A stretch of 64,000 nt of DNA from an uncultured Rhodohalobacter sp. (GTDB lineage Bacteria > Bacteroidota > Rhodothermia > Balneolales > Balneolaceae): NCBI GenBank assembly GCA_964544445.1, contig CAZJBI010000001.1:429526-493525 (forward strand), in the 5' to 3' direction. Position 1 is the stretch's first letter; every line of letters starts with the position of its first letter. The notes under the pieces are model-generated. The model did not search any database and was not told where the DNA came from. It was given only the letters and a program-made list of their open reading frames with translations. Shown one piece after another: positions 18,703 through 29,766 of this stretch. The position numbers and the translations under genes are program-made.

Positions 18703-20322
18703 TTAGGTGGAAATTCCCGCTTCTGCCTGTTTGATGTCGATTCGTTGTTTTGCTTTACTGTTTTGATTCATTAAAAAATAGATTACTCCTTCCGAAAGGG
18801 CTTTCCAGCTGGCATCAATAATATTTTCCGATACACCAACGGTACCCCAGCTCGATCCTTCCTTGGCAGAGTCAATTAATACGCGCACTTTAGCACCCGT
18901 GCCGTCTTTTTCATTCAAAACGCGCACTTTATAATCCTGCAGGTGCATGGTGTTTATTTCGGGGTAAAATTCGCAAAGAGCTCTTCTCAATGCGGCATCC
19001 AAGGCATGAACAGGTCCGTTCCCTTCGGCGGCGCTCAGTTCCATCTGTCCATTAACGCAAACCTTAATCGTAGCTTCAGAACGGGATACGCCATCGGCAT
19101 TACGCTCCATGATTACCCGGAAACCTTCAAGGCTGAAAAAATCTGGCGCGTTGTTTGTGAGTTCTTTCACCAATAATTCAAAGGATGCCTCGGCAGCTTC
19201 AAATTGGTAGCCTTCGTTTTCCAGTTTTTTAAGTTCAGTCACAATTTTTGAACTCTCGGCAGATCCTTTATCAAATTCAAACCCAAGCTCCTCTGATTTA
19301 TAAGAGACATTACTTTTTCCAGAGAGATCAGACACAAGAACTCTTCGGCTATTGCCAACTATTTCGGGGCGTATATGTTCATACGTCTGTTCATTTTTTA
19401 TGACCGCACTCACGTGTACGCCGCCTTTATGGGCAAAAGCACTTTTACCTACGTAGGGTTGTTTATTGTCGGGGATGAGATTGCCGAGTTCACTCACAAA
19501 TTTCGAAAGCGTGGATAAATGGAGCATTTGATCCTCAGGGATACAGCTGTATCCCATCTTCAGCTGAAGGTTGGGGATAACCGAGCAGAGATTTGCGTTT
19601 CCACACCGCTCTCCATAACCATTAATAGTTCCCTGTACGTGTACAGCACCTGCATTTACCGCTGCAACTGCATTAGCTACGGCCATTTCCGAATCATTAT
19701 GAGAATGAATACCAACCGGGGTATTTACGTTGCTGCAAACCTTGTTTACAATTTCGGTTATTTCATGCGGGAGTGTACCGCCGTTGGTATCGCACAATAC
19801 AAGTACATCAGCCCCTGCAGCTGCAGCAGACTGAAGTGTTTTGATTGCGTAATCCGGATTATTTTTATACCCGTCAAAAAAGTGTTCGGCATCATATATA
19901 ACTTCTTTACCGTGCTCTTTTAAAAACGAGACCGAGTCGGTGATCAGCACAAGATTCTCTTCAGGTGTTATCTTGAGAGCCTCCGTTACGTGGAGCAGCC
20001 AGGACTTTCCAAACAGAGAAACAGCAGGGGTGCCGGCTTTTATGAGTGCCTGCAGATTGGGATCATCAGCAGCTTTATTGCCGGAACGGCAGGTGCTCCC
20101 AAAGGCAACAATTTTTGCGTGCTGAAAGCTGTGAGCGGCCGCTTTTTCGAAAAACGCCATGTCTTTCGGGTTAGAACCGGGCCAGCCGCCTTCAATATAG
20201 TCAATACCGAATTCATCAAGTCGTTTGGCAATTCGGAACTTATCTTCAGCCGAAAAAGAGACTTTTTCTCCCTGCGTGCCGTCGCGTAATGTAGTATCAA
20301 ATATGTGAATGCGTTTTGGCAT
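18703..20322 (-). CDS. cimA: citramalate synthase
   Basis: DTTLRDGTQGE, GGWPGSNPKD, YDAEHFFDG, HKGGVH; C-terminal GNGPV regulatory domain present. Confidence 0.9.
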   Translation of the reverse strand: MPKRIHIFDTTLRDGTQGEKVSFSAEDKFRIAKRLDEFGIDYIEGGWPGSNPKDMAFFEKAAAHSFQHAKIVAFGSTCRSGNKAADDPNLQALIKAGTPAVSLFGKSWLLHVTEALKITPEENLVLITDSVSFLKEHGKEVIYDAEHFFDGYKNNPDYAIKTLQSAAAAGADVLVLCDTNGGTLPHEITEIVNKVCSNVNTPVGIHSHNDSEMAVANAVAAVNAGAVHVQGTINGYGERCGNANLCSVIPNLQLKMGYSCIPEDQMLHLSTLSKFVSELGNLIPDNKQPYVGKSAFAHKGGVHVSAVIKNEQTYEHIRPEIVGNSRRVLVSDLSGKSNVSYKSEELGFEFDKGSAESSKIVTELKKLENEGYQFEAAEASFELLVKELTNNAPDFFSLEGFRVIMERNADGVSRSEATIKVCVNGQMELSAAEGNGPVHALDAALRRALCEFYPEINTMHLQDYKVRVLNEKDGTGAKVRVLIDSAKEGSSWGTVGVSENIIDASWKALSEGVIYFLMNQNSKAKQRIDIKQAEAGIST

Positions 20323-20354
20323 ATGTGTTTGTGTTTGAAATTTGATGCTTTGAA

Positions 20355-20475
20355 ATCCCCCTTTGAAGGGGGGATGACTAAACGCGTTAAGCGATTAGTC
20401 TGGGGGGATGTTTAAGCACTTAACTTGTGACACCCCTCCCCCCCGAAATGTCGGGGACTCCCCTCAAGGGGAGAG
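20355..20475. repeat. GC-rich composite palindrome (REP-like) between ilvC and cimA
   Basis: Hairpins TCCCCCTTTGAAGGGGGGA, GACTAA...TTAGTC, CCCCGAAATGTCGGGG, CTCCCCTCAAGGGGAG, plus GGGGATGT/ACACCCC pairing. Confidence 0.8.
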
Positions 20476-20479
20476 TTAC

Positions 20480-22062
<1,583 letters not shown>

Positions 22063-22108
22063 TCTTATCCGTGATTCATCATAAATATTTTGCGATTAAG
22101 AGCAAGAA

Positions 22109-23890
22109 TCAGCACTCCTCGTCTGATTCTACCATTTCATTTAAAGCCGCACCGGAAGGAACCATGGGGTAGCAGTTCTCTTCGGCCACTACGCGAAAGT
22201 CCATCAATACCGGACCATCGTTAATCTCCATGGCTTTTTTAAGTGCGTCTTCCATTTCGGCCGGTGTCTCGGCGCGTAACCCTGTAGCACCGTAACACTC
22301 CGCCATTTTTACGAAATCGGGATTGTTGGATCCAAAAACCGATGAGCTATATCTTTTGTTGTAGAACAGCTGCTGCCACTGCCGAACCATTCCAAGACAA
22401 TTGTTATTCATGATCACGATTTTTACCGGTATTTTGTACTCAACTGCAGTAGCAAGCTCGTACGATGACATTTGAAATCCGCCGTCCCCTGTAATGCAAA
22501 TTACATCACGATCAGGTTCGGCGAGTTTGGCACCAATGGCAGCCGGGAACCCGTATCCCATGGTTCCGAGCCCGCCGGACGAAATCCAAGATCGGGGGTG
22601 GTTGTACTGATAGTGCTGAGCGGCCCACATTTGGTGCTGGCCTACATCGGTGACTACAATGGCGTTTCCTTCAGTAATCTCCGAAATCATCTTCACCATC
22701 CGCTGAGGGTAAATTTCCGTTTCAGATTCCGGAACTTTCAGTGGATGATCTTTTTGCCAGCCGTGAATGGTATCCCACCAGTCAGTTATTTCCGGGGGAG
22801 TGGCTTTTTCGTGGATGCCTGGTAATACATGTTTCACATCACCAACAATTGGCACCTCCACTTCTACATTTTTTCCGATGCAGGATGGGTCAATATCGAT
22901 ATGAATTTTTCGTGAGTTGGGTGAAAATCCATCAAGACGGCCCGTAACACGGTCATCAAATCGTGCTCCAACAGCAAGTAGTACATCGCATTCGGTCATC
23001 GCCATGTTGGCATACCATGTGCCATGCATGCCCAGCATTCCAAGTGATTGAGGTTTACTTTCGGGAAAGCCACCGAGCCCCATCAAGGTTGTGGTTACGG
23101 GAATATTCATTTTTTCAGCAAATGCCGTCAATTGCTCCCATGCTTCTCCGGCAATCACTCCTCCGCCTGCGTAAATCAGGGGCTTTTTGGCATTGCTCAG
23201 CATCTCAGCTGCTTTTGTTATCTGAGGTTGATGACCGTGGAGAGTTGGCTTGAAACTTGGGATCTCGACTTTTTTCAAGCCCGAAAAGTGACCTTTTGTA
23301 TTGAGCATATCTTTTGGAAGATCTACTAAAACGGGGCCCGGCCTTCCGTTTGTGGCAATATGAAACGCTTCTCGGAGTACGCTCTCAAGCTCATTTACAT
23401 CGCGTACAAGATAATTTTGCTTTGTGATGGGGCGAGTAATACCAACAATATCTGCTTCCTGGAAGGCATCGTTTCCAATCACGCCAGTTGGTACCTGACC
23501 TGTGAGTACAACAAGTGGAATGGAGTCCATCATTGCCGTTGCAATTCCTGTTACCGTATTCGTCCCCCCGGGACCTGATGTTGCCAAAACAACGCCCGGT
23601 TTTCCCGTTGCCCGAGCATAGCCGTCGGCCGCGTGGGATCCTGCCTGTTCATGGCGAATGAGGACGTGATTGAGGTCATGATTATCAAAAAGAGCATCGT
23701 AAACCGGTAAAACTGCTCCGCCCGGATAACCAAAAATCGTATCCACATCCAGATCGGCAAGAGTTTTTATGAGGATTTCGGCGCCATTATAGCTTTCCGC
23801 GTGAGTATCCGGAGCCGGATTCTTGATAGCGTGCAAAGACGGAGTGGATCCAAGGTTCTTGGCGGTAGAAGCAGATTTATTTGATTTCAT
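22109..23890 (-). CDS. ilvB: acetolactate synthase large subunit
   Basis: FGYPGGAVL, RHEQ, TSGPG, RFDDRVTG, DVGQHQMW, GDGGFQM, GMVRQWQ. Confidence 0.98.
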   Translation of the reverse strand: MKSNKSASTAKNLGSTPSLHAIKNPAPDTHAESYNGAEILIKTLADLDVDTIFGYPGGAVLPVYDALFDNHDLNHVLIRHEQAGSHAADGYARATGKPGVVLATSGPGGTNTVTGIATAMMDSIPLVVLTGQVPTGVIGNDAFQEADIVGITRPITKQNYLVRDVNELESVLREAFHIATNGRPGPVLVDLPKDMLNTKGHFSGLKKVEIPSFKPTLHGHQPQITKAAEMLSNAKKPLIYAGGGVIAGEAWEQLTAFAEKMNIPVTTTLMGLGGFPESKPQSLGMLGMHGTWYANMAMTECDVLLAVGARFDDRVTGRLDGFSPNSRKIHIDIDPSCIGKNVEVEVPIVGDVKHVLPGIHEKATPPEITDWWDTIHGWQKDHPLKVPESETEIYPQRMVKMISEITEGNAIVVTDVGQHQMWAAQHYQYNHPRSWISSGGLGTMGYGFPAAIGAKLAEPDRDVICITGDGGFQMSSYELATAVEYKIPVKIVIMNNNCLGMVRQWQQLFYNKRYSSSVFGSNNPDFVKMAECYGATGLRAETPAEMEDALKKAMEINDGPVLMDFRVVAEENCYPMVPSGAALNEMVESDEEC

Positions 23891-23966
23891 ATTTCCTCAT
23901 GGGTGGTTTTTCCCCACCGGAGGTCAAAAATAAATCAGCAAAAATGATTTGGTTCTAACCCCCGGC
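23891..23966 (-). promoter_or_regulatory. putative translational attenuator: alternative hairpins over the ilvB initiation region
   Basis: GCCGGGGGUU (23966-23957) can pair with GACCUCCGGU (23925-23916); alternatively CCUC-C-GGUGG/CCACC-CAU-GAGG sequesters GAGG 4 nt before the ilvB AUG. Confidence 0.6.
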
Positions 23967-23973
23967 AGCTTAT

Positions 23974-24147
23974 TTAGCTAATAATTAGGTTTAGAATTAG
24001 AATTCCGGAAATTAGGATAGATAGAATAATCAGAAGGTCGGATATACTGATTACGTTTGAAGCAATAATTGAACGAGTAGCTGGAATGGAAATGAAAGAA
24101 GAGAGTACAAAAGGAAATGCAACATCACGATTTTTGCTGATAGCCAT
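23974..24147 (-). CDS. putative ilv-leu operon leader peptide (57 aa)
   Basis: MAISKNRDVAFPFVLSSFISIPATRSIIASNVISISDLLIILSILISGILILNLIIS; 15 of the last 20 codons are Ile/Leu, five of them CTA. Confidence 0.75.
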   Translation of the reverse strand: MAISKNRDVAFPFVLSSFISIPATRSIIASNVISISDLLIILSILISGILILNLIIS

Positions 24148-24250
24148 AGCTTTAGCTGGCACGGAAGTTCGGCTTCCATCGGCATTTAAAAATCTATGTG
24201 TGTTTGCGGTAGACAATTTGTAATCTGTTGTTCAATAATCGCTTGCAAAA

Positions 24251-24279
24251 AACATAGATATAGATAGATCTTGTGTCAA
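24251..24279 (-). promoter_or_regulatory. sigma70-type promoter for the leader/ilvB operon
   Basis: Minus strand TTGACA, 17 bp, TATGTT. Confidence 0.65.
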
Positions 24280-24409
24280 GAACTATTTGAAATATTTTTA
24301 TGGAGCATATTGACATTAAAAACCAAATTTATTAAAAGCGCTTCCAATTTTAGGTAAAAGTAACAACAAGTTATATAAATACAGTACTTTAATTAAATAT
24401 AAAGAAGGT

Positions 24410-26086
24410 ATGAATAAACTCAACAAATTTAGCTCAAGACTCACGGAAAATCAGGCGCAGGTTGGCTCAAAAGCAATGCTCTATGCAGCGGGGTTGAGCG
24501 AGGATGACATGAAAAAGGCCCAGGTGGGAATCGCAAGCACGGGCTGGGACGGTAATCCATGCAATATGCATTTGAACGATTTAGCTGCCGTGATTAAAGA
24601 AAGTATATGGGAGAGTGGCCTTGTTGGGTTTGTGTTTCACTCCATTGGAGTGAGCGATGGAATTTCGATGGGAACACAGGGAATGAAATTTTCCCTGCCA
24701 TCGAGGGATATAATTGCGGATTCGATTGAAGTTGTAATGAGTGCCCAGTGGTATGATGCTAATATATCAGTAGTAGGGTGTGATAAAAATATGCCGGGAT
24801 CGGTGATGGCAATGGCCCGGCTGAATCGTCCCTCTATAATGGTGTACGGGGGTACTATCCGGCCGGGGAATCTGAATGGCCAAAAGCTCGATATTGTATC
24901 TGCCTTTGAATCTTATGGCCAGTATCTGTCAAAAGAGATTGACGAGGAAGAGATGAACAAGGTGTTGAAGCATGCCTGCCCCGGCGCGGGTGCCTGCGGT
25001 GGAATGTATACTGCCAATACCATGGCTTCTGCAATCGAAACGCTGGGAATGAGCGTGCCGTATAGTTCATCGATCCCGGCTACCCATCAGGAGAAAATTA
25101 ATGAGTGTAAAAATGCTGGAAAAGCCATACTGAATCTGCTTGAACACGATATTAAGCCGCGTGACATCATCACCCGAAAGTCCCTTGAAAATGCCGTAGC
25201 GATCATTATTGCACTGGGCGGATCGACCAATGCAGTGATGCATATGCTGGCTATCGCCAGGGCAGCTGAGGTTGACTTTACAATTGATGACTTTCAGGCT
25301 GTGAGTGATCGCACACCGTTCCTGGCCGATCTGAAACCAAGCGGAAAATATGTGATGGAGGATCTGTACAATGTTGGCGGAGTTCCGGCAGTACAGAAAT
25401 ACCTTTTTGAAGAAGGATTTTTACACGAGGGATGTATGACGGTTACGGGCAAAACGCTGGAGGAGAATGTAAAAGATCTGCCAGGCTTTCTGGAGGAGCA
25501 GAATGTAATTCATCCCGTTTCAGATCCGGTGAAAAAAACGGGCCATCTGCAGATTCTGTATGGAAACCTTTCCCCGGAGGGAAGTGTAGCCAAAATTACC
25601 GGTAAGGAGGGGACACAATTCACAGGGCCTGCGAAAGTTTTTGAATCGGAAGAAGACTGTTTAAATGGAATTCAAAATGGCATGGTGCAAAGCGGTGATG
25701 TGGTGGTGATTCGCTACGAAGGCCCCAAAGGCGGTCCCGGAATGCGTGAAATGCTCTCCATAACGGCGGCAATTATGGGTGCCGGACTTGGAAATGATGT
25801 AGCACTGATAACTGACGGCCGTTTTTCCGGGGGAACCCATGGTTTTGTGATTGGACATGTAACACCGGAAGCACAGCTCGGGGGAACTATTGGGCTGCTG
25901 AAGAATGGTGATGTGATTACCATCAACGCAGACGATCGGATTTTAAATGTAGACTTAACTGAATATGAGATCGAAGAGCGCAGAAAAAACTGGAAAGCAC
26001 CGGCGCTCAAACATCAGAGCGGGATTCTGTACAAATATGCGAAATCGGTTTCTACGGCGAGTGAGGGGTGTGTGACGGATATGTGA
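24410..26086 (+). CDS. ilvD: dihydroxy-acid dehydratase
   Basis: [47 protein letters not shown]. Confidence 0.98.
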   Translation: MNKLNKFSSRLTENQAQVGSKAMLYAAGLSEDDMKKAQVGIASTGWDGNPCNMHLNDLAAVIKESIWESGLVGFVFHSIGVSDGISMGTQGMKFSLPSRDIIADSIEVVMSAQWYDANISVVGCDKNMPGSVMAMARLNRPSIMVYGGTIRPGNLNGQKLDIVSAFESYGQYLSKEIDEEEMNKVLKHACPGAGACGGMYTANTMASAIETLGMSVPYSSSIPATHQEKINECKNAGKAILNLLEHDIKPRDIITRKSLENAVAIIIALGGSTNAVMHMLAIARAAEVDFTIDDFQAVSDRTPFLADLKPSGKYVMEDLYNVGGVPAVQKYLFEEGFLHEGCMTVTGKTLEENVKDLPGFLEEQNVIHPVSDPVKKTGHLQILYGNLSPEGSVAKITGKEGTQFTGPAKVFESEEDCLNGIQNGMVQSGDVVVIRYEGPKGGPGMREMLSITAAIMGAGLGNDVALITDGRFSGGTHGFVIGHVTPEAQLGGTIGLLKNGDVITINADDRILNVDLTEYEIEERRKNWKAPALKHQSGILYKYAKSVSTASEGCVTDM

Positions 26087-26240
26087 CTCACCCCCGGCCC
26101 CTCCCTCTCTGTCAAACAGAAAGGGGGGACGTCGGAATTACATTTTTGTTTAGCACATCAATCTTCGGCCAGAAATGAAGTTCTTCCCTTTCCCCTTTTT
26201 GCGAACGCAGTGAGTAGAGAGGGGACTAAAGGGTGAGTCA
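26084..26240. repeat. composite inverted-repeat element, copy 1
   Basis: Ends TGACTCACCC / GGGTGAGTCA; internal CCCTCTCTGTCAAACAGAAAGGG and TCCCCTTTTTGCGAACGCAGTGAGTAGAGAGGGGA. Confidence 0.9.
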
Positions 26241-26602
26241 GAGGAAATGTGAGATAATTTTCGTCTTTAGTAAATCGAGATTTCTGATTTCCTCATTTTT
26301 AAACCGGATTACAGTTAACCCCATTTATTTAATGATGAGGTCCCTTTCCTGATCATAATATTTTGGTAATCGTGAATCTTACCATCCAGTTCGATCACTA
26401 ATTTCTGTTCTGCACTATAGAAATCCGGTATGAAGAAGTGGAGTTTTCCCCGATCATCTTCATAAACAAGCGGGTGTTGTCTGTAAAATTTTACTCCACA
26501 TAGTGTACGGTTTCTTAATTCACCCCAAAGAGTTATTTCGGAAGGAGTTTGCTTTTTTCGCAGTTCTCTTGCCAGTTCTGTAATTTTCCGCCTGTAAGCC
26601 AT
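26238..26602 (-). pseudogene. DUF559 (Vsr-like PD-(D/E)xK) endonuclease, frameshifted and with an internal stop
   Basis: ARELRKKQTPSEITLWGELRNR, KFYRQHP, IPDFY, VIELDGKIH; adding one A after ...HDYQ restores KYYDQERDLIIK*MGLTVIRFKNEEI...SHFL*. Confidence 0.85.
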
Positions 26603-26670
26603 TAATGGACATTTTGCGTTATAGTGTTCTTGTAGTATGAACCGGGATTAATGAAATCCTTACATTTTTT

Positions 26671-26845
26671 TGACTCACCCCTCCAAGGGATGGAGCAGGC
26701 TCTGACCCTATCTCTGTCGGACAGAAAGGGAAAATATCAAAACCGCGATGGTGGCTAACAATTAATTCTATAGCTCAAAATTGAATTAAGGAATTTCCCC
26801 TCTTTGCGAACGGAGTGAGTAGAGAGGGGATCAAGGGGTGAGTCA
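26671..26845. repeat. composite inverted-repeat element, copy 2
   Basis: Ends TGACTCACCCC / GGGGTGAGTCA; same two internal hairpins plus an extra CTCCAAGGGATGGAG-CAGGCTCT insert. Confidence 0.9.
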
Positions 26846-26925
26846 GCAAACTTGTTTGCTTCAAAGGGTAAATGTCTTATTTTCTGCAATTGATGCAATC
26901 AGAACAGAAATTACATAGGTAAAAC

Positions 26926-28524
26926 GTGGCTGAAAAAAACTCTCCGAAAAAGAAGGAGTCCTCAACTCCCGAAAAAAGCTCTCTTTTTAACTCATTTCTA
27001 AACGGCATCGAAACTCTCGGGAATAAACTTCCCGATCCCGCCATGCTCTTCTTTATTCTGATGGCGCTGGTATGGGTTCTGTCTGCCATTCTCGCACCCA
27101 TCGATTTTGGTGAAGTACATCCTCGTACGGGCGAGGCACTCGAGGTGCAGAATCAGCTAACGGGCGAAAATCTCGCTGCATTTTTAGCGGGTATGGTCAA
27201 TACATTTGTACTTTTTGCGCCGCTGGGTATTGTGCTGGTTGCCATGCTGGGGGTTGGTGTTGCCGAGCACTCCGGCTGGATTGACGCCGGGCTCAAAAAA
27301 CTTCTTAATTTTACGCCAAAAGCCCTCCTCACGCCGATGCTTATTTTAATTGCGATTGTGAGCCACACGGCAGCTGATGCCGGGTATGTGCTGGTGATTC
27401 CGCTCGGAGGGGTAATTTTCTATGCGGCGGGTCGTCATCCACTGGCGGGGATTGCGGCTGCGTTTGCGGGGGTAAGCGGAGGTTTTTCTGCCAACTTTAT
27501 TCCCTCGGCTATTGATCCGCTAATCATGAGCTTTACGCTGGAGGCGGCCAATATTCTGGATCCTGACCTCTCCCTGAACCCTATTAATAACTGGTACTTT
27601 ACATCGGCTTCGAGCATCTTGATTGTTTTAGTAGGATGGTACGTTACCGACAAAATTGTAGAACCTCGTCTTTCTGGTGTTGAAATTGATGGAGATGAGG
27701 ATGAAATGCCAAAAATGGAAACTGTTACAGGTCGTGAAAGCCGTGCGTTCTGGTTCGGCTTCGGTGCCATGATTTTAGGAATTATCGGGCTGGTTCTCTG
27801 GGCATTACCAGAAAGTTCAGCACTGCGGGGACCCGGTATGGTTGACCCCGAAGAGATGTCTCTTGTATCCTTTAATGCACCGCTGATGCAGGCGATTGTG
27901 CCACTTATTTTTGTGCTTCTGCTTATCCCCGGGGTTGTTTATGGGTACGCATCAGGGAAGTACAAAAGCTCCAAGGATATGATTAATAATATGACCAAAT
28001 CGATGGAGAGCATGGGGTATTACATTGTAATGGCATTCTTTTGTGCTCTTTTTATTGATGCTTTTAGTTCGTCGAACATAGGCCTTCTGGTGGCTCTGAA
28101 AGGTGCAAACTTCCTTGAAGCTCTTTCGCTTCCGGGCCAGGTGACCATCGTAGGAATTATTATACTCAGTGCTTTTGTAAACCTTCTTGTAGGTTCTGCG
28201 TCTGCAAAATGGGCGCTCATTGCTCCAATCTTTGTCCCGATGTTGATGCAGCTGGGAATCTCTCCGGACCTTACACAGGCCGCCTACAGGGTAGGGGATT
28301 CGGTATCAAATATCATTACGCCGTTATTGCCCTATTTCCCGCTTGTTGTTGTGTTTTGTCAGCGATATGTGAAGAATACGGGTATTGGCACGCTTATTTC
28401 CATGATGCTGCCTTACTCCATCATTTTCCTGGTTACGTGGACAATCTTTCTGCTTGTATACTGGGCGCTGGGAATACCACTGAGTTTTGAAGCGTATTAC
28501 GTATATCCTGCACCGGCACCTTGA
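26926..28524 (+). CDS. AbgT family transporter
   Basis: IETLGNKLPDPA, GRHPLAGIAAAFAGVSGGFSAN, GSASAKW, YRVGDS. Confidence 0.93.
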   Translation: MAEKNSPKKKESSTPEKSSLFNSFLNGIETLGNKLPDPAMLFFILMALVWVLSAILAPIDFGEVHPRTGEALEVQNQLTGENLAAFLAGMVNTFVLFAPLGIVLVAMLGVGVAEHSGWIDAGLKKLLNFTPKALLTPMLILIAIVSHTAADAGYVLVIPLGGVIFYAAGRHPLAGIAAAFAGVSGGFSANFIPSAIDPLIMSFTLEAANILDPDLSLNPINNWYFTSASSILIVLVGWYVTDKIVEPRLSGVEIDGDEDEMPKMETVTGRESRAFWFGFGAMILGIIGLVLWALPESSALRGPGMVDPEEMSLVSFNAPLMQAIVPLIFVLLLIPGVVYGYASGKYKSSKDMINNMTKSMESMGYYIVMAFFCALFIDAFSSSNIGLLVALKGANFLEALSLPGQVTIVGIIILSAFVNLLVGSASAKWALIAPIFVPMLMQLGISPDLTQAAYRVGDSVSNIITPLLPYFPLVVVFCQRYVKNTGIGTLISMMLPYSIIFLVTWTIFLLVYWALGIPLSFEAYYVYPAPAP

Positions 28525-28534
28525 TAGATTATTT

Positions 28535-28586
28535 CTTGAGTCTTGAGAGTTGAGTCTCAAGACTCAAATCTTAAATCTCAAGTCTA
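28535..28586. repeat. head-to-head heptamer arrays forming a palindrome between convergent abgT-like and hisE genes
   Basis: CTTGAGT CTTGAGA GTTGAGT then CTCAAGA CTCAAAT CTTAAAT CTCAAGT; perfect 13-bp stem TTGAGTCTTGAGA/TCTCAAGACTCAA. Confidence 0.85.
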
Positions 28587-28880
28587 CTTTTTACTTCTCA
28601 CAATCAGCTCCTGGAATACGGCATCAACGGGGATGTTGCGCTCAACGAGGAGAACCATAAGGTGATAAATGAGGTCGGCAGATTCATAAATAACTTCAGA
28701 ATCTTTTTTATTTTTTGATGCGATAATTGTCTCAACAGCTTCTTCACCAAGTTTTTGAGCAATCTTATCAATCCCTTTTTTAAATAACTTAGATGAGTAA
28801 GAACCTTTTGGCAGCTCTTCTTTTCGTTGTGTTAATACTCGTTCAAGGTCGTATATAAATTCGACTTCTTCTTTAGCCAT
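28584..28880 (-). CDS. hisE: phosphoribosyl-ATP diphosphatase
   Basis: GSYSSKLF, KLGEEAVE, ESADLIYH. Confidence 0.95.
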   Translation of the reverse strand: MAKEEVEFIYDLERVLTQRKEELPKGSYSSKLFKKGIDKIAQKLGEEAVETIIASKNKKDSEVIYESADLIYHLMVLLVERNIPVDAVFQELIVRSKK

Positions 28881-28892
28881 AAATATGTAGTG

Positions 28893-29666
28893 TTAATTTA
28901 GTATCGGTTCAATAATGCGGACAGGAATTCTTTCCTGTGCCATCTTCTTTTTTAAATCTAAAATTTCAATTTCCTTGAAGTGAAAAATACTGGCTGCCAG
29001 CACAGCATCGGCATTTCCAATCTGAACGGCATCACAGCAGTGTTGAATGGTTCCCGCACCACCGCTTGCTATGACCGGAATCGTGACAAGACGATTGATT
29101 TTTTTCAAGAGTTCAAGATCAAAGCCTGACTTTGTACCGTCGCGGTCCATACTGGTAAGCAGAATTTCTCCCGCACCGTGCTGTTCCGTTTCTACCATCC
29201 AATCAATCGCGTCGATACCGGTAGGCTCAGATCCACCCTTCACATATACTTCCCAGCTTTCGCCATTTCGTTTGGCATCAACGGCAGCTACAATAGCCTG
29301 CGATCCAAATGCTTTAGATGCGTCTGTAAGAAGTTCGGGTGTACGAACGATGGCGCTGTTGAGTGAAACCTTGTCTGCTCCGGCTTTCAAAATATCTTCG
29401 ATCTCATCAACCGACCGAATGCCACCGCCTACAGTAAACGGGATGCTTATTTCCCTTGCAATTTTTTTCACAAGGTTTACAAGTGTCTTACGTTTTTCTT
29501 TAGTTGCAGTAATGTCAAGGAACACAAGTTCATCGGCTCCTTCGGATGTGTAGCGCCGGGCGAGCTCAACGGGATCACCGGCATCAAAAAGGCCTTCAAA
29601 ATTGACGCCTTTTACGGTTCTTCCGTCTTTTATGTCGAGACACGGTATGATTCTTTTTGTAAGCAT
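28893..29666 (-). CDS. hisF: imidazole glycerol phosphate synthase cyclase subunit
   Basis: [44 protein letters not shown]. Confidence 0.98.
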   Translation of the reverse strand: MLTKRIIPCLDIKDGRTVKGVNFEGLFDAGDPVELARRYTSEGADELVFLDITATKEKRKTLVNLVKKIAREISIPFTVGGGIRSVDEIEDILKAGADKVSLNSAIVRTPELLTDASKAFGSQAIVAAVDAKRNGESWEVYVKGGSEPTGIDAIDWMVETEQHGAGEILLTSMDRDGTKSGFDLELLKKINRLVTIPVIASGGAGTIQHCCDAVQIGNADAVLAASIFHFKEIEILDLKKKMAQERIPVRIIEPILN

Positions 29667-29766
29667 AGGCTGGCATCAAAGATAAAGGAAATTTTATTAA
29701 CTGCATGAAGCGAAAATTTTTTAATCATTAAGGTTTTTGTTGTACCATTTAAAAAAAGGAGATGAT

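Noticed and set aside
24148..24216. Longer TTG-initiated version of the leader ORF given in the track
   Set aside because: The ATG at 24147 is the simpler start and the extension adds only one further Leu codon; it cannot be formally excluded.
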